A DNA stretch of 64,000 nt, from positions 558,001-622,000 of the forward strand of contig JANHCV010000014.1 in assembly GCA_025594325.1 (NCBI GenBank). Direction: 5' to 3'. Below the pieces are notes generated by a model. That model saw only the letters and a program-made list of their open reading frames with translations. It did no database searches and was not told the DNA's origin. The stretch is from Blastocladiella emersonii ATCC 22665 (Eukaryota > Fungi > Blastocladiomycota). Shown in pieces: positions 24,693-36,698 of the stretch. Position 1 is the first letter of the stretch, and each line of letters opens with the position of its first letter. The position numbers and the translations under genes were made by a program.

Positions 24693-26426
24693 CTACCGCT
24701 TGTTCGAGTTGCGCACTTGCCGTGCGTGGTCTCGGGGATGGACGACGACGATGGCCAGCTTGGACTGCTGCTGCTGCTCCTTGCTGGACGATCCGCGAAC
24801 CGAGCGAGTCATGATGGTCACGACCATGGCCATGGCCGTGGCCGCGCACTCGGTCTCGACCAACGAGCGAGTCCTCGAACCAGTGTGTGCGTGTCGAGCT
24901 TCTCGATGAGCGCGAGATTCTTGATGAACGCGAGCCGGCCCATGCCCGATGCTGCCGCCCTTGAACGCGCGCGTGCTGGTGCTCGGTCGTGGTGTGTCGC
25001 CGTGAAGCGCCAGCGCCTCGATCGCGGAACACGGCGATGATCTGGTGAAGAGCAGCAGCAGCGAGATGTGAGTGATGATCAGCGGTACTTTTCGAGTCCA
25101 CCAACGACGAAGCGACGACACGTACCATCCATGCAGGGCAATGTACGCCGCCCGCCGTCCTGGACTCGCGCCGCGCTGCTGCGCGGTCAGTCGAGCCGTT
25201 GAGCGTCATGCCTTACGTTGAACGTGAGCGTCGAGCGTGGCCGACGTGACGCGTCGCGTCGCCGTATCGTGTTGCCGTAGTAGTCGAGCGACTCGGTCCC
25301 TCAAACTTGCGCGCACAACCCCCCGCCGCGGGCAGCCGCGCAACGGTTACTACAAGATCGGACGTGAGTGAGCGATGAGTGCATGGCGGCCACTACGAGA
25401 CCATGAAAACTCGTACGGCCGCTCTGCTTGAGGCAATCGTCGGGAGGAGGCGACCTTGTTGCTGCGAGAACTGGGCGAAAAACACGAGGAGCAGTTGATG
25501 GTCGCGGAACAGCCCGCCATCGCCGCAGCCAGTACGCCCGAGTGCGAGCTTGAAGTCGTCGCTGCTTGCTACGCGGAAGCCGCCGACCCAGGTCAGGGAC
25601 AAGCCGAGCGATGGCTGCCGTGAAAACGCGCGTACCGTCGGCGAGCCGCTGCTGCTGTTGATAGAGCCCGATCCGCGTCGAGCTTGACCTGCATCTCGGC
25701 GTACAGATCACCGACGGGCGACGGGTATCCGGGGTGCGCGACCTGGGCCGTGGCCACGTACTCGACATCGATGAGGAGGAGCGTGGATCCCTGCCAGAAC
25801 GACGTGCGTCGCGTCAGCAGACGTCGCGAAGCGTGCCCTTTTCGTACCAGATGCAGCAAAAGATGCCGCCGAACATGACCGAGGACACGCGGAGGCGAAG
25901 AGTGAGTTACGTATGGCGCGTGGAGACGCTCGGTCGATATACACGGGTGGATGCGCGGTCAGCATCGATGGCGACCCACGGACTCGACCGTCTCCGTACC
26001 GGGCATGATCGGGGCGGATGGTGTTGCATGGCGTTGCGAAGGGAGTGCCGTCACCCCGTGCGACGAGCGGTCGTGGTACACGGAACCCTGGACGGTGCCC
26101 GACCGCGTCGATCGGGCGGCCTGCTCGCGCGCGTCGATGCCCATGTACTCGGCAGCGGGCCAAGTGCGCGACGAGTAGTCGCAGGTAGTGTTGCAGGGAC
26201 ACGCGTGCGGAAGAGGAAGGGTTGATGGCATTGCAAGGAGTCGACGGGTTGTGACGAGAGAACAAATTTTCCAACGCGTCGGTGCGACGCGTTTCTGGAT
26301 ACAAAGCGCGGGTAGCACGTCTCGCCGACGCGTCTCCGGTGGCTGCGAGACAATTTCGCGCGCGCACCTGACACCTGGTGACCGCGAAGCGAGGAGATTT
26401 TCGCCTTGCATCGACACCAAGAGCAA
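24693..26426 (-). pseudogene. Decayed coding relic of unknown family
   Basis: ORFs 25959-26426 and 25593-25859 are in one frame across a single stop, and protein-like text continues with scattered stops toward 24693 (VRASLRDRVARLLRQHD, YIALHGWYVSSLRRWW). No family recognised. Confidence 0.3.
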
Positions 26427-27929
26427 CTGAACAAGCCTCCACCAAGTCGTTCACGTCGCCACTTGCGCCAGTCGCATGCACTTGATAGTGCCTTGAAAGA
26501 GTCCGGGGCTGCATCTCACCTCGAGCGCGTTGCGCCACAGCCGCACCGGACGCGCCATGGCGTCACCGCACTTCCCACCCACGCTGACGACGGCGGCCGT
26601 CCCGCCCTCCTTCGCTCCCCTCGCCGGCGCGTTCACAGGCGTCTCGCGGTATCATGGACCGCAAACTATCTGCGCGACTGCCCGCAACGGCGCTCCCGCG
26701 GCCGGCCCGACCGTCTGCGACCCTCTGCGCGCTCGGGACGCGCTTAGCGGATGTCGCGGGCACGGCAGCCCAGATCGGAACCCGTGAGCCTGAGAAGCAC
26801 CGTCAACGACCCGCTGAGAGCGCTCCGCGAGAAGATCAGAGCCGAATGGTCGCTGCGGACCTGCTCCGGTGTGCCGGCACGCTCGATCGCTTCTACTCTC
26901 TGCACGCGCCGCGCAAACCCGCGCATCCACATCGCATCCCCATCGTCTTCATGGCACTTATGAGCGAGTCCGGCGGCCCGATCCTTGTCCCAGCAACACG
27001 TCCGCGTCGTCCGTTTGCGGGCCGCTCGCCTCGCGGTCCCACCGCGTCGCCAGTGGGACTGACGACGGCCGCCTTACATTTTGCTGCATGGGATCGAGGA
27101 GAGCTTGGACCATCGAGCGTCGCAACTGCTTCGCGAAGTCAAAGGACGCGTTCCGATGCAACGCGCACGCCGTTGCTCCATCCTTGCGACGCGTCGCCGT
27201 GCGGACGCCGACCCGCGTTGGCTCACGCGATCCTCGCGCCTCGACTTTTTGATGCTCTCGCTGACCATGCCTGAGCGTTGCTTGGCCGAAGTGCTGCCCG
27301 CGACGCTCACGGTGGGTCGTCGGTGAGCCCAGGGCCACCATGAACGCCGCCGTGTCGAGACGGCCGTGCTCGCATTCCCCCCGACGCCGCTCTGCCGCGA
27401 ACGCATCGAATGAAAACCGACGATGACTTGCTGAATTCTGCCTCCCGGGTGTCCTTCATGCTCTCGTTACCACGGACCGGCTGGATCCGGTGCTGTCTGC
27501 GCCGTGTGTGTGTCGCGTGGCCGCACCGCGCTCCGCCTGAGCTCCACGACGTGCGATCCACACGCACACACCGTACCAGCCGGCAGTCGCGCTTCCGCGA
27601 GTGACGGGTTGAGTTCTGGACCGCCGCCTTGGTCGTCTGCCCGCTTTTACGCGCGTGCGTGGTCCCGCGCCCTGCTCGTCCACGTCGCCGCGACGCGCGT
27701 GAGCTTTCTTCAGCGGATCCATGGGATTCCGTCTCCTGTTGTGTCGGGTGTGGGCGTAGCAGCGCCCTTTTTTGACTTGGATACGACGCGTCGGCGGCGC
27801 GAGTGGACTGCGTGAGACGTTGCTGCGAGACATCCCGTCGTGTTCTCCGCCGACCTTGCACATATTGCTACTCTGAGTGAACAACGGACGATGAAGCACC
27901 GCATACATTCATCCCCACCCTCCTCCTTC

Positions 27930-28984
27930 TCAGATATAAAACTCGGGACTCTGAAGCCGCCCGTGGCACTCGACCCCGCCCGGCGCGCCGTCCGCGGGTG
28001 GGAACAGGAGGTACTTGTACGCGGCGAGCAGGAGGTCTTTCATCGCGGGCCACGCCATGACGTGCTGCGCGCGCTCGACGGTCCCGGACAGGTACTCCTT
28101 GCGCGTCAGCGGGAACCGGATGAGCCGCACCAGCTCCGTCAGGACCACCTGGTGCTTAGCCGTCGCCGCCTGCGACCACTGCAGCGGCCACCCGCCGCTA
28201 GTGCCACCAGCTGTGCCGGGGCGGGGAGCCGAGCGGGTCGAACGGCGACTTGAGCGGCGACGTGCCCACCGATACGAGCGACGCGGGCAGCAGCGGCGGG
28301 TGGTGGGTGAAGGCGGTGGTGGCGGTCAGCGGGCTCGTGGTGCCGCGGCCCGTTGACGAGAACCGGCCGCCGAACCCGCTTGACGCCGTGTACCCGGACC
28401 CGAACCCGAGCGCCGAATCGCAGACGCTCCCCGCGGCGCTCCCACCAGCCGCGGGCGAGCGCGCGGGCGTGCGCGCGGGCGCCGAGAGCAGGCGGTCGTG
28501 CGGGTACTGGACCGCCGTCGCGGTCTGCTGCTGCGCCCGCTGCTCGGCACTGGGGACCCGCCGCCATCTGCGCGGCCGGTGGCGGGCGGAGTGGGTTGTC
28601 GAAATCGAGCATCGGATCGTCCGCGAGAAACGCGTCGAGTGCCGACTCGGCCGCGAGTGCTGACGGTGACCCCGCCGCAGCCGCGTCGTCCTACGTCTCG
28701 CCGCCGCCACCGCCCGTATGGAGCTCGGTCGGCACGTGCTGCGTCGGCGACCCCGCATTCTCGGCGTCGACCTCGAGCGACGGCAGGTCGGGCTGTGGGA
28801 ACATGGGCGAGTGCACCCCGCCATGCGCGCCCACGCCCGCGGCCGTTGGGGACGTGCCCCACGGCGACGCGGGCGTGCCAGACCCACCACCTGTCGCAAC
28901 TCTCAACGACCCTTCGCGCATCGCGTGCCGACCTCGCCTCTTCCTCGTCCTGCTTTGCGTCAATGCTTCGCGGCGATGGCTCAA
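27930..28984 (-). pseudogene. Disrupted low-complexity gene ending in a BACK-domain-like segment
   Basis: C-terminal VLTELVRLIRFPLTRKEYLSGTVE resembles the BTB-BACK LxxxIRFPLMxxxYL motif. Upstream coding-like text needs an in-frame TAG (28691-28693) and frameshifts near 28555 and 28220. Confidence 0.45.
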
Positions 28985-29364
28985 ACGTGATGGTGGAGCG
29001 GCCGGATCTCGCTGGCGTCATCAAGCACGACGGACTGATGCGCGTCGCTCACGCTCCCTTGTTCTCCTGTTCTCCTGAACCTGCGGTACAAGGCTCGCGA
29101 CTTGTGGTGGCGGGCCAGCCGGGACTGCGAGCTGCGTCTGAGTAGCTCGCTCTCGACAAGCTTACGTTGGGTCGTGCGATGACCTTGCCATGTGGAGAGA
29201 TCACGGCAAAGACCCGGTGCTTGTACTGAAGGGGAAGCGGCGTCAGGGGGGCCTGGCGGCGTGGCCTTCGGCGCGGCACCCCTGCCCGCGGTCAAGCGAC
29301 GAGGCTTCGCGAAACGCGTCGAACAGGTCGCCTCTCCCGCCCAGACCCTTTGCTTCCAACGACC

Positions 29365-31317
29365 ATGGCTAAGCAAATGAATAACTTGCTGCAATTTATC
29401 CCTCCCCCGAGGCCCAACATGCTCACGCTGGCAGCCGAGCTGCAGTTCCAAGTCGCTGCGCACCTCACACTTCGCGACGCCGCCGCTCTTCGCGCAACCA
29501 GCCGCTCGATCTTGGTTTCGGACCTGTGGCGCGGCCAACCTTGGTGGCCCTTGCTTTTTGCTCTTGCGGCTCGTGGTTCCGAGCGCTTTTTCACGATTGC
29601 TCCGCCCTTCGCTGATGCGCGCGACCAATCGGTTCGCGACGCGTTGGGTCGCAAGGTCGAACTCAAAGAAATCCTCCTCCAGCTTGCGCTCGCACTGGTC
29701 CGCCGCAACGTGGGCGACGACGCGCCTTGGTCGATCCTCTGCGCTTGGACCCGTAACAACTTTCCAACCGACTCAGAAATGTACGCCAAGTTGTACAACG
29801 CGGCGGTCGAGGCCAACGCCGCTCGGGCGCTGGCATTTCTTGCGCCACTCAAGACCCGCACCGGCAAGCGCTTTTACAAAATCTGCCTCGGCCCGTCCGG
29901 CTCCACAATCCGTATCCCGCGCATCGCATCGGTGCTTTCCGGCATGACGATGGCTCCGCTCGAGGATACCGCCGTGCTGCTGCGCGTCATCTTCTTCCAG
30001 TCCATGCGCACTTTCGAGGACGAGATCATCAAATGCCTTGCACGACAGCCAGCCGAATTTCTTCTCCAAATTTTGCTCGATGTGCCTCGGGAACTTCCGC
30101 TCTACGGCGGATCGCACGCAACGGACCTCTTTGACCATCTCATTTCAAGCGTGTTTGGGAGGTCCCTGCTCAAGCTTCGAGTTACCTCAGCGCACGCCCG
30201 ACTCCTCACCGACCTTATCATACTTGCGCGTGTTTCTGGACCGGGGTGCCGCTCCGACGCACATCAACTGCAGATATATCTCGTGGATGGCATTGAGCCG
30301 GTTCGCGCACGCATCGAGTCGCTCCTTCCGCAAGCGGACCTGACAGCCCGTGCGAGTGCACTAAAGAAACTGGACGCATTGCTTCCGTTCGTAATCGAGT
30401 GCACCAGGGGCGGGGATCTGTACGTTGACCTCTGGTGCAACCGCAGCGACTCTTACCGGGGTCCGTTGCAGTTATCGCCACCGGTTTTGCTGCTCGAACA
30501 GGTGCGCTGGTGGGCGCCCAACGGGATTGTTTTCCGCAATACCGTGGCGCGTTGCGTATTGAACCGCGCCCAAGAAACCGATTCTGTTGTGCTTCGTACC
30601 CTGATTGACAGCGTACCGCTCGTTGTTCATACCGAGGACTCTCTGCCGAGCCTTCCGGAAGACTTGTGGGTGCTCCGCTCCGAACCGATCCCCGACCGTG
30701 AGTGGGAAATGCTGTACTCGCAGATCATGTCCGAGTACCACGCCATGCTTCGCAGCTCACCAGAAACGCGCGTGCTCGTCGCGGACCGTTGGACCGAGTA
30801 TGCCACCGATTCCCTTACCTGGCCAGACGCTTTCTTCGCTTTTATTGACGCCGAGTACCCTGGAGCGCCCGCGCCTAGTACCAACGAGCCGCTCGACGCG
30901 TCGCCGCTGGGCGTGAACGGGCTTGGACTCCAGCTCAGTAGTGTACTGTTTCGAATCTGCGAACAACAAGATTTTCATCGGGCAATGCAGCTCGGGAGCC
31001 TGGGGACCCTCCGTGGCAGTCCGTGGCAACTTTCGGCGGCGTTTCTCGACCAGCTCAAGGACATGGACTTCACCTGCGATCATGCCGACATTCTTACCGA
31101 GTTTTTCAACTGCGCGCGCGAACGCGGGGCTCTCAGTGAATCCGTGGACGCCCGGATCAGGACATGGCTTCTCGAGGTCAAGGAAACACCCTCCGCGACC
31201 CGGTATTGCCATCCGGGCGCAAGTATTGACCCGGCCTTGCTTCAGGCGTACCTCAACGAATTGGAAACCGGCATTATTAACAACATCGCTTTGCCGGACG
31301 AAGATGATGACCTCTGA
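29365..31317 (+). CDS. F-box protein with uncharacterised helical C-terminal region (~650 aa)
   Basis: MLTLAAELQFQVAAHLTLRDAAALRATSRSI..LW fits the F-box pattern. Single long ORF with an acidic tail. Confidence 0.7.
   Translation: MAKQMNNLLQFIPPPRPNMLTLAAELQFQVAAHLTLRDAAALRATSRSILVSDLWRGQPWWPLLFALAARGSERFFTIAPPFADARDQSVRDALGRKVELKEILLQLALALVRRNVGDDAPWSILCAWTRNNFPTDSEMYAKLYNAAVEANAARALAFLAPLKTRTGKRFYKICLGPSGSTIRIPRIASVLSGMTMAPLEDTAVLLRVIFFQSMRTFEDEIIKCLARQPAEFLLQILLDVPRELPLYGGSHATDLFDHLISSVFGRSLLKLRVTSAHARLLTDLIILARVSGPGCRSDAHQLQIYLVDGIEPVRARIESLLPQADLTARASALKKLDALLPFVIECTRGGDLYVDLWCNRSDSYRGPLQLSPPVLLLEQVRWWAPNGIVFRNTVARCVLNRAQETDSVVLRTLIDSVPLVVHTEDSLPSLPEDLWVLRSEPIPDREWEMLYSQIMSEYHAMLRSSPETRVLVADRWTEYATDSLTWPDAFFAFIDAEYPGAPAPSTNEPLDASPLGVNGLGLQLSSVLFRICEQQDFHRAMQLGSLGTLRGSPWQLSAAFLDQLKDMDFTCDHADILTEFFNCARERGALSESVDARIRTWLLEVKETPSATRYCHPGASIDPALLQAYLNELETGIINNIALPDEDDDL
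29376..29394 (+). promoter_or_regulatory. Start-proximal motif variant (F-box gene)
   Basis: AATGAATAACTTGCTGCAA. Confidence 0.45.
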
Positions 31318-32469
31318 TTCGAAGTGGTGCATAATATATGGTTGAACTTTTGTTGAGTGGACCTTGAGGACAAGGCTGAGTCTCTCGCGTGCGAGGTCGT
31401 CACGAGCGGCGCTTCCTCCAAACGGCCGTCGCGTCACTCGGAAGAGTACCTCCGTACCTTTAAGACGTCTCGAAGCCTATGTGCGGTCTAAAGCGTTGCG
31501 TTCCCGCGGGACGAGCGAGCCCGAATCGACGCGTCGGGATATCATGTGATGTCTCGCGGGTCACATGACGTTCGCGCACTTGTCTCACCGCTCGCGCGCG
31601 CGCGGACGGACGGGCGGCCGCGATACAAAACGGCCGCGGACCCTCGCTCTCCCTGGCTGTTCCGGCATTCAAATCAGTAGCGGAAATCTTACTTGTAAGG
31701 GTACCTTCGGGACCCACACAAATAATGTTTTTCTTGTTCAGTGACGAATGTGGGATGGTCGACTTCTCTGAAGATGCAAAGACCCCTCGCCGCCACATGG
31801 TCCGGCGCGCGGGGATTCCCGAGGACCTTCATGCTACCTACGTTGCTACTTTGGCCTTTCGTGATGCAAGAGGAGCGCGATGCCCTAGGTGATCGCGCCG
31901 TGGGCTCGCGGCCGTGGACACCGTGCTTGTCCTGACGACTTCGCCGCTATCGCCGGGCCACCCACGCGTCCACCTACACGACGATAGAGCCCAGTCAGAA
32001 TCGTCGTTGTGCTCGCCTCGAAGAACTCGCGGATCTGGTTTCGCAACGCGCGCTGGAAGCGCGTCCCCGCCCGGCTTCTTCTCTCCCGGGCTTCGATACA
32101 TGCAGCTCTATCGCGACACCACCTCATGCAACTAGTTATAAACTACTGAATAGCTTCGACGAGATGATCGAAACAGTCGCGTCGTGAGAGCTCTCATACG
32201 CCGGCCGGCTCGCACGACGCTTGACGTGTCTGACCAGCCTGGCCGGCCCGCCGCTGTACGCGCACGCTCCTCCGCCTTTGAAATGCACATGGTGCTCCGT
32301 AGAGCCAGCCCGGATGCGAGCTTTATTGTCGCGCCCGTCTACCGTGACCAAAAACGTGGGCAACGGGAAGGCCTGTTGCGCCACTCGGGTGACGTGACGT
32401 GCTCGTGGTCACCGAACTGTCAAGCCGAGTTCCGCTCCAGTTTGGGCTCTCTCCCCGCCCGATGTTGCA

Positions 32470-34863
32470 ATGAACACGCTACCCATGGAAACTGAGCACG
32501 ACTTGGTGCAATCTGCGATTTATGGCCCGATGAACCAGCTCGCATCGCTGCCCGCGGAGCTCATGGCAGTGGTGCTCCAGCTCGCCAGGCCGCGCACGAC
32601 CGTAACCCTTGCCACGCGCAGTTTTGTTGCTACTTGCCGAGACTTGCGCGTGCAGCGAGTGTGGATTGAATGCTTGTGGAAGACACTCTACGTAACCCAC
32701 CACACGACGCCGCGCCCCTTTGACGAAGCTTTGGTCCTCGTCACGTTCATGGTTGGTCACCTCGAGTCGCCCGAACACCCACCACTTACTTCTCACGCGC
32801 TGCAGCCGCTGTTCTACGCCTCTATGGAGTTCTTGCTCGACATGGCCGAGCCGATACTTCGCGAGTCGGCTCACAATGTTGGTCGCATCTCGGACTTCCT
32901 TCGCGGAACGTTCAACCTCATCGAGGACTGCTGCCTCCCGGTGTTTAAGTTTCCGCTGCACTCGTACCTACAGAACTTTGTTGGACTCGTGTACCGGGAC
33001 TCACCCGCGACACTGCGCCATGTCCTCGAGCAAACCCTCGCGCGGGCTCCTGTCTTGCTTCATGCTCGGCTGCCTTGGGCCATGTGGGCGAGCCTCGATC
33101 CCACGCTCAACAATCGGACCTTGGTGATGCCGTATCTCATCCCCGACCTCCGCCGCATGTCGCCCGACCCTACCGTTGTCGACGTCATCGCGCACCTGGC
33201 CATGTTTCGCGTGCAGCGGGGCACGCTTGACCTGCTCTTGGATCCACGCTTTGGATGCGACATGAAGCAGCTATACAAGAACTTGTGCAAGCCGCAACCT
33301 GCGAAATTGGCCTGCGACGCCATCATTGCCGAACACGCTTCGCCCGAGACCGCTCTCCACCTCTTGGATCAGCTTCTCGAAAAAAGCTGGACCGAAGGGA
33401 TGCTCGCCAAGGTCGGCGCCTCATTCCTTGCCATCGAGCTGTGCAAATGCCCTTCACCGGTGTTTCTTGCGCATCTGGCAACACGCTGCTGCAGGCCCAT
33501 CTCAAGCGCAACACACAACTTGCATGTTCTTTTCGGCAACATCAATGGTCTCGCGACCGAAAACTGGAAGCTGCAGCCCGACTTTATACCCCTTCTTGTC
33601 ACTCTGACGGAGCAAGGATATCTCAACCAGTGGTATTGGACTCAACGGTTGTACGAGCTGACCGACGATCCAGACAATCCCCACACCGCAGCGTTCTCGG
33701 CGACCGTGGGCGCGCAGCTTGGAGACCATCTTGGAATCGCGCTCGCTGAAAGTATGACCCGCTCATTTTCTGACATTAAGCACGTTTCCGTCTCGGCAAC
33801 TAACTCTGATTTTGGCATTGCCATCTGTCTAGTCTTCCGCGATTCGTTGCAGGGCGACAATCCAATGCTGATTATCGCGTTCGCCTTTCAACATTTTCCC
33901 AGCCGCATCGAGTCAATTTTCACTTGCCTTGCTCCCGAGCTCAATGAGGTCTTCAACGACGAAGGTGTTGACCCACCCGAGATCCTTTCTGCGCTCTTCT
34001 CCAGCCGCCCCAACGACCTTGCGTACTGGCCACAGTTTCTCCTTGCCAACACGGTGCTTTCGACGCCCATGTCAAACGCCGAGAACTTCCTACCTACCGC
34101 AATGACGTGGCTCACGGTTGCCGTTCTACGCGATCCCGCCACGCACGACGCAGCGGTCGCGGCCATTTCGGCGTCAGGCACGGCCGCTGCGCACATCGCA
34201 CTGCTTCTCTTGTCCTTCAACGTCGGCCCCCGAATCAAAGGCGCAGTCCCCATTGGCGGCGGGCGCACCTCGTGCGCGACCTGTGTGCTTCAATCGCAGT
34301 GGCCGTACTTTGACACGCTGATCGAGCTCCTTGACATCCACGGCGGCGAGCTTCCCATTGAGAGCCTGCCCTTTGGCGCCACGACGCACGTATCAATTGC
34401 TCTCCAGGGGGACGTGTATTCCAAAGTTCTCCTCGCGCCCATGCGGCGTCGCAGGGCCAAGGAAAAGAATCCGTGCAACTGCGGCCTCGTTGCACCGCAT
34501 CCCCGACTCCGCATGGTCGCTTCGCTCTTACTCATGGACCCGCAGGGCGTGCTGGGCATGCTCCTCCACAACCCGAACGCGTACACGCTTCCACTCGAGT
34601 TTTGGAGGTGCGTACCAGACGGCGCCTTTGACGGTATGTGGGCACTCGCCGACGTCGCCAAGCTTGCCGTCCATCTCGCGGGAATGGATGCAGTTCGAGC
34701 CCACGCCGCGATGAGCGAGCTGGCCCGCGTCGCGCCGTCCGACATCGAGCAGGCCGAGTTCCACAACGCGATCCGCGAAATGTCGGAGGCGGTCAACACC
34801 TACGAGACGCTGGCTGCGCTGGGCAAGGTGTTGCAGGAGAAGCAGTCGCGAAGCAAGGAATGA
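32470..34863 (+). CDS. F-box-like helical superfamily member A4 (770 aa if the stopless 81-nt intron 33752-33832 is spliced)
   Basis: LASLPAELMAVVLQLARPRTTVTLATRSF N-terminus. GTATGA..ACTAAC..CTAG at the position matching the introns of A1/A2/A3/A5. GRTSCATC..NPCNCG..LPLEFWRCVPDGAFDG C-terminus. Confidence 0.85.
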   Translation: MNTLPMETEHDLVQSAIYGPMNQLASLPAELMAVVLQLARPRTTVTLATRSFVATCRDLRVQRVWIECLWKTLYVTHHTTPRPFDEALVLVTFMVGHLESPEHPPLTSHALQPLFYASMEFLLDMAEPILRESAHNVGRISDFLRGTFNLIEDCCLPVFKFPLHSYLQNFVGLVYRDSPATLRHVLEQTLARAPVLLHARLPWAMWASLDPTLNNRTLVMPYLIPDLRRMSPDPTVVDVIAHLAMFRVQRGTLDLLLDPRFGCDMKQLYKNLCKPQPAKLACDAIIAEHASPETALHLLDQLLEKSWTEGMLAKVGASFLAIELCKCPSPVFLAHLATRCCRPISSATHNLHVLFGNINGLATENWKLQPDFIPLLVTLTEQGYLNQWYWTQRLYELTDDPDNPHTAAFSATVGAQLGDHLGIALAESMTRSFSDIKHVSVSATNSDFGIAICLVFRDSLQGDNPMLIIAFAFQHFPSRIESIFTCLAPELNEVFNDEGVDPPEILSALFSSRPNDLAYWPQFLLANTVLSTPMSNAENFLPTAMTWLTVAVLRDPATHDAAVAAISASGTAAAHIALLLLSFNVGPRIKGAVPIGGGRTSCATCVLQSQWPYFDTLIELLDIHGGELPIESLPFGATTHVSIALQGDVYSKVLLAPMRRRRAKEKNPCNCGLVAPHPRLRMVASLLLMDPQGVLGMLLHNPNAYTLPLEFWRCVPDGAFDGMWALADVAKLAVHLAGMDAVRAHAAMSELARVAPSDIEQAEFHNAIREMSEAVNTYETLAALGKVLQEKQSRSKE

Positions 34864-35135
34864 GCGTTGCGTGAGGTATGGCGCTCGCGCAAGAGCAGCG
34901 TGCGCTAGAAAGCGGATACACGTTGATTGTTGATTTAAACCTGTGGAAATTCTTGACCGTCCTTCTCTGAAATCTTTGGGTCACCGCAACGACTGGGCTC
35001 ATCGGGTCGACTTGAATGTGAGTGGCAGGAGCCGGGGGAATGAGTTGAGCGAGGTCAGCGCGGCGGCAAAGTCCCGTCGCGTTTCAGCGCGCGTTCGCGC
35101 TCTCTCCCGCCCGAGACACCGCATCACCGATAACC

Positions 35136-36344
35136 ATGGAGCAATCGAATGAACACTTGATGCAAACGGAGCGCCGGCAGCTGCCGTACGAGCTGATCGA
35201 GCTTATCCTGGTCTTTGCGCTCGTGGACTGCGACCTCAACTGCGACACCTCGCTCGAGCACGCTACCACGTTACTTTGCGTCGCGCCCGGCCTCCCAATC
35301 ATGAACTTCTTCCTGCTCACATCTCCGAGATTCGAAGCGCTTCGGGATTCCGCGCTGCTTCTCGATTGCGAGACTTTCCGTGACGCGCTCATCGAGTGCC
35401 TCGTCTCGCCTCCACCTCCAGCCTACGCCGATGCTTCTTTGTTTTATGCGAAGCTCGTGTCCGTTGCGGGTCGCGTCGACCTGCTCGAGGCGTGGGAAGA
35501 GTCGGGCGGCGACACGTACGCGGGTACTTTGGCCAACGAGGCTTTCGATCTTGCACTCGCCGCTGGCCAAATCAAGGTGCTCGACTGGTGGTGGTCCGAG
35601 GTGGAGTTCAAGATTGAGTACCGGGCCGCGTTCGAAGTGGCGTTCGAGAATGACCAAGGCCGGTCGATCAATTGGTTGCTCAAGAACTTTGACGAGGACC
35701 GCAATATCGAGCGGTTTGGTGTCGACTTGCATGACATTGAAGTGTACGACGAGGAAGGAATCAACAAGTGCGAGTACACGCACTTTGTGGAATATGCGTC
35801 GCGGGGGCTCGCCCAGCGTGCCGTCAAGAACAGCTTTGTGTCCGTCCTCGACTGCCTCCCGCTTGACCGGTCAGGCCCCGCCAACGGCTGGGCGCATGAA
35901 GTTGACTGGAAGCAGGTGATCTTCGATACTCTCAAGCACGACCATCCGCAGCTGCTCGATTGGATCGCCCGCCCTCCCCGCGCTTTTTACTTTCACCGTG
36001 CGTGGGCAGGCGACTGCTGCGAATCCAATAACCCCATTATCTGCCCGTACGAGCATTTTACGAGGAACTCGATTTCGCTGCTCGACTTGGCTTCCAACGC
36101 GGGCGCGGTCAAGTGCCTCGAATGGCTCGACGAGCAGCGGCGGAGCGCGGAACAGCGCAACGCGACGCCAATCCCGTGCTTTCGTGGCTTTAATATCACC
36201 AGCGTTCTCGGGGCTGCGAAGCGTGGCGATACCAAGACGGTCGACTGGTGGGTCAAATCCGGTCTCCTCGAGGAGCGGCGCATCGAGCAGCTCAAAACAG
36301 TTTTGGACATGGCTCGTGCACTCGAGGTGGCTGCCCGGCCTTGA
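35136..36344 (+). CDS. F-box-like N-terminus plus degenerate ankyrin-like repeats (402 aa)
   Basis: LPYELIELIL start. Repeats such as AFDLALAAGQIKVLDWWW, LLDLASNAGAVKCLEWL and GAAKRGDTKTVDWWVKSG. Confidence 0.75.
   Translation: MEQSNEHLMQTERRQLPYELIELILVFALVDCDLNCDTSLEHATTLLCVAPGLPIMNFFLLTSPRFEALRDSALLLDCETFRDALIECLVSPPPPAYADASLFYAKLVSVAGRVDLLEAWEESGGDTYAGTLANEAFDLALAAGQIKVLDWWWSEVEFKIEYRAAFEVAFENDQGRSINWLLKNFDEDRNIERFGVDLHDIEVYDEEGINKCEYTHFVEYASRGLAQRAVKNSFVSVLDCLPLDRSGPANGWAHEVDWKQVIFDTLKHDHPQLLDWIARPPRAFYFHRAWAGDCCESNNPIICPYEHFTRNSISLLDLASNAGAVKCLEWLDEQRRSAEQRNATPIPCFRGFNITSVLGAAKRGDTKTVDWWVKSGLLEERRIEQLKTVLDMARALEVAARP
35148..35165 (+). promoter_or_regulatory. Start-proximal 18-nt motif (ankyrin-like gene)
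   Basis: AATGAACACTTGATGCAA. Also AACGAAAACTTGATGCAA at 36711-36728. Confidence 0.5.
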
Positions 36345-36698
36345 GAATCGTGATGCAGGGTCCGCGCGGCGGCGCGGTATGTTTCCGTAAGACCGTCCAC
36401 CAATACATGAAATTTCTCTCTTTTTTCGCGGGTGTTAATGAGGGGGGGGGGGCAGCGGCCCGTGCGGACGGACACGTCTCATGAGCTAATTTGCCTTCCA
36501 CCGATCAACGCCGAGGATGACAGCATTTTTCCTTCGACGCATGACATGTCTCTGAGTGACGTCCACAAAGAGAACAGGCGGACGCGACGCTCATGCTCAT
36601 GCTGCGGCAACGTGATTCGTTTCAGCAGCGCCACCAGCCCCTCTGTCGCCGCTTCGGCGACTCGCTCTCCTATCGGAGCCAACACCGCTACGACCACC

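Noticed and set aside
31688-32135. Second Helitron candidate (A|TCTTACTTG ... ACTAG|T)
   Set aside because: No GC-rich hairpin near the CTAG and no interrupted host frame to test the boundaries.
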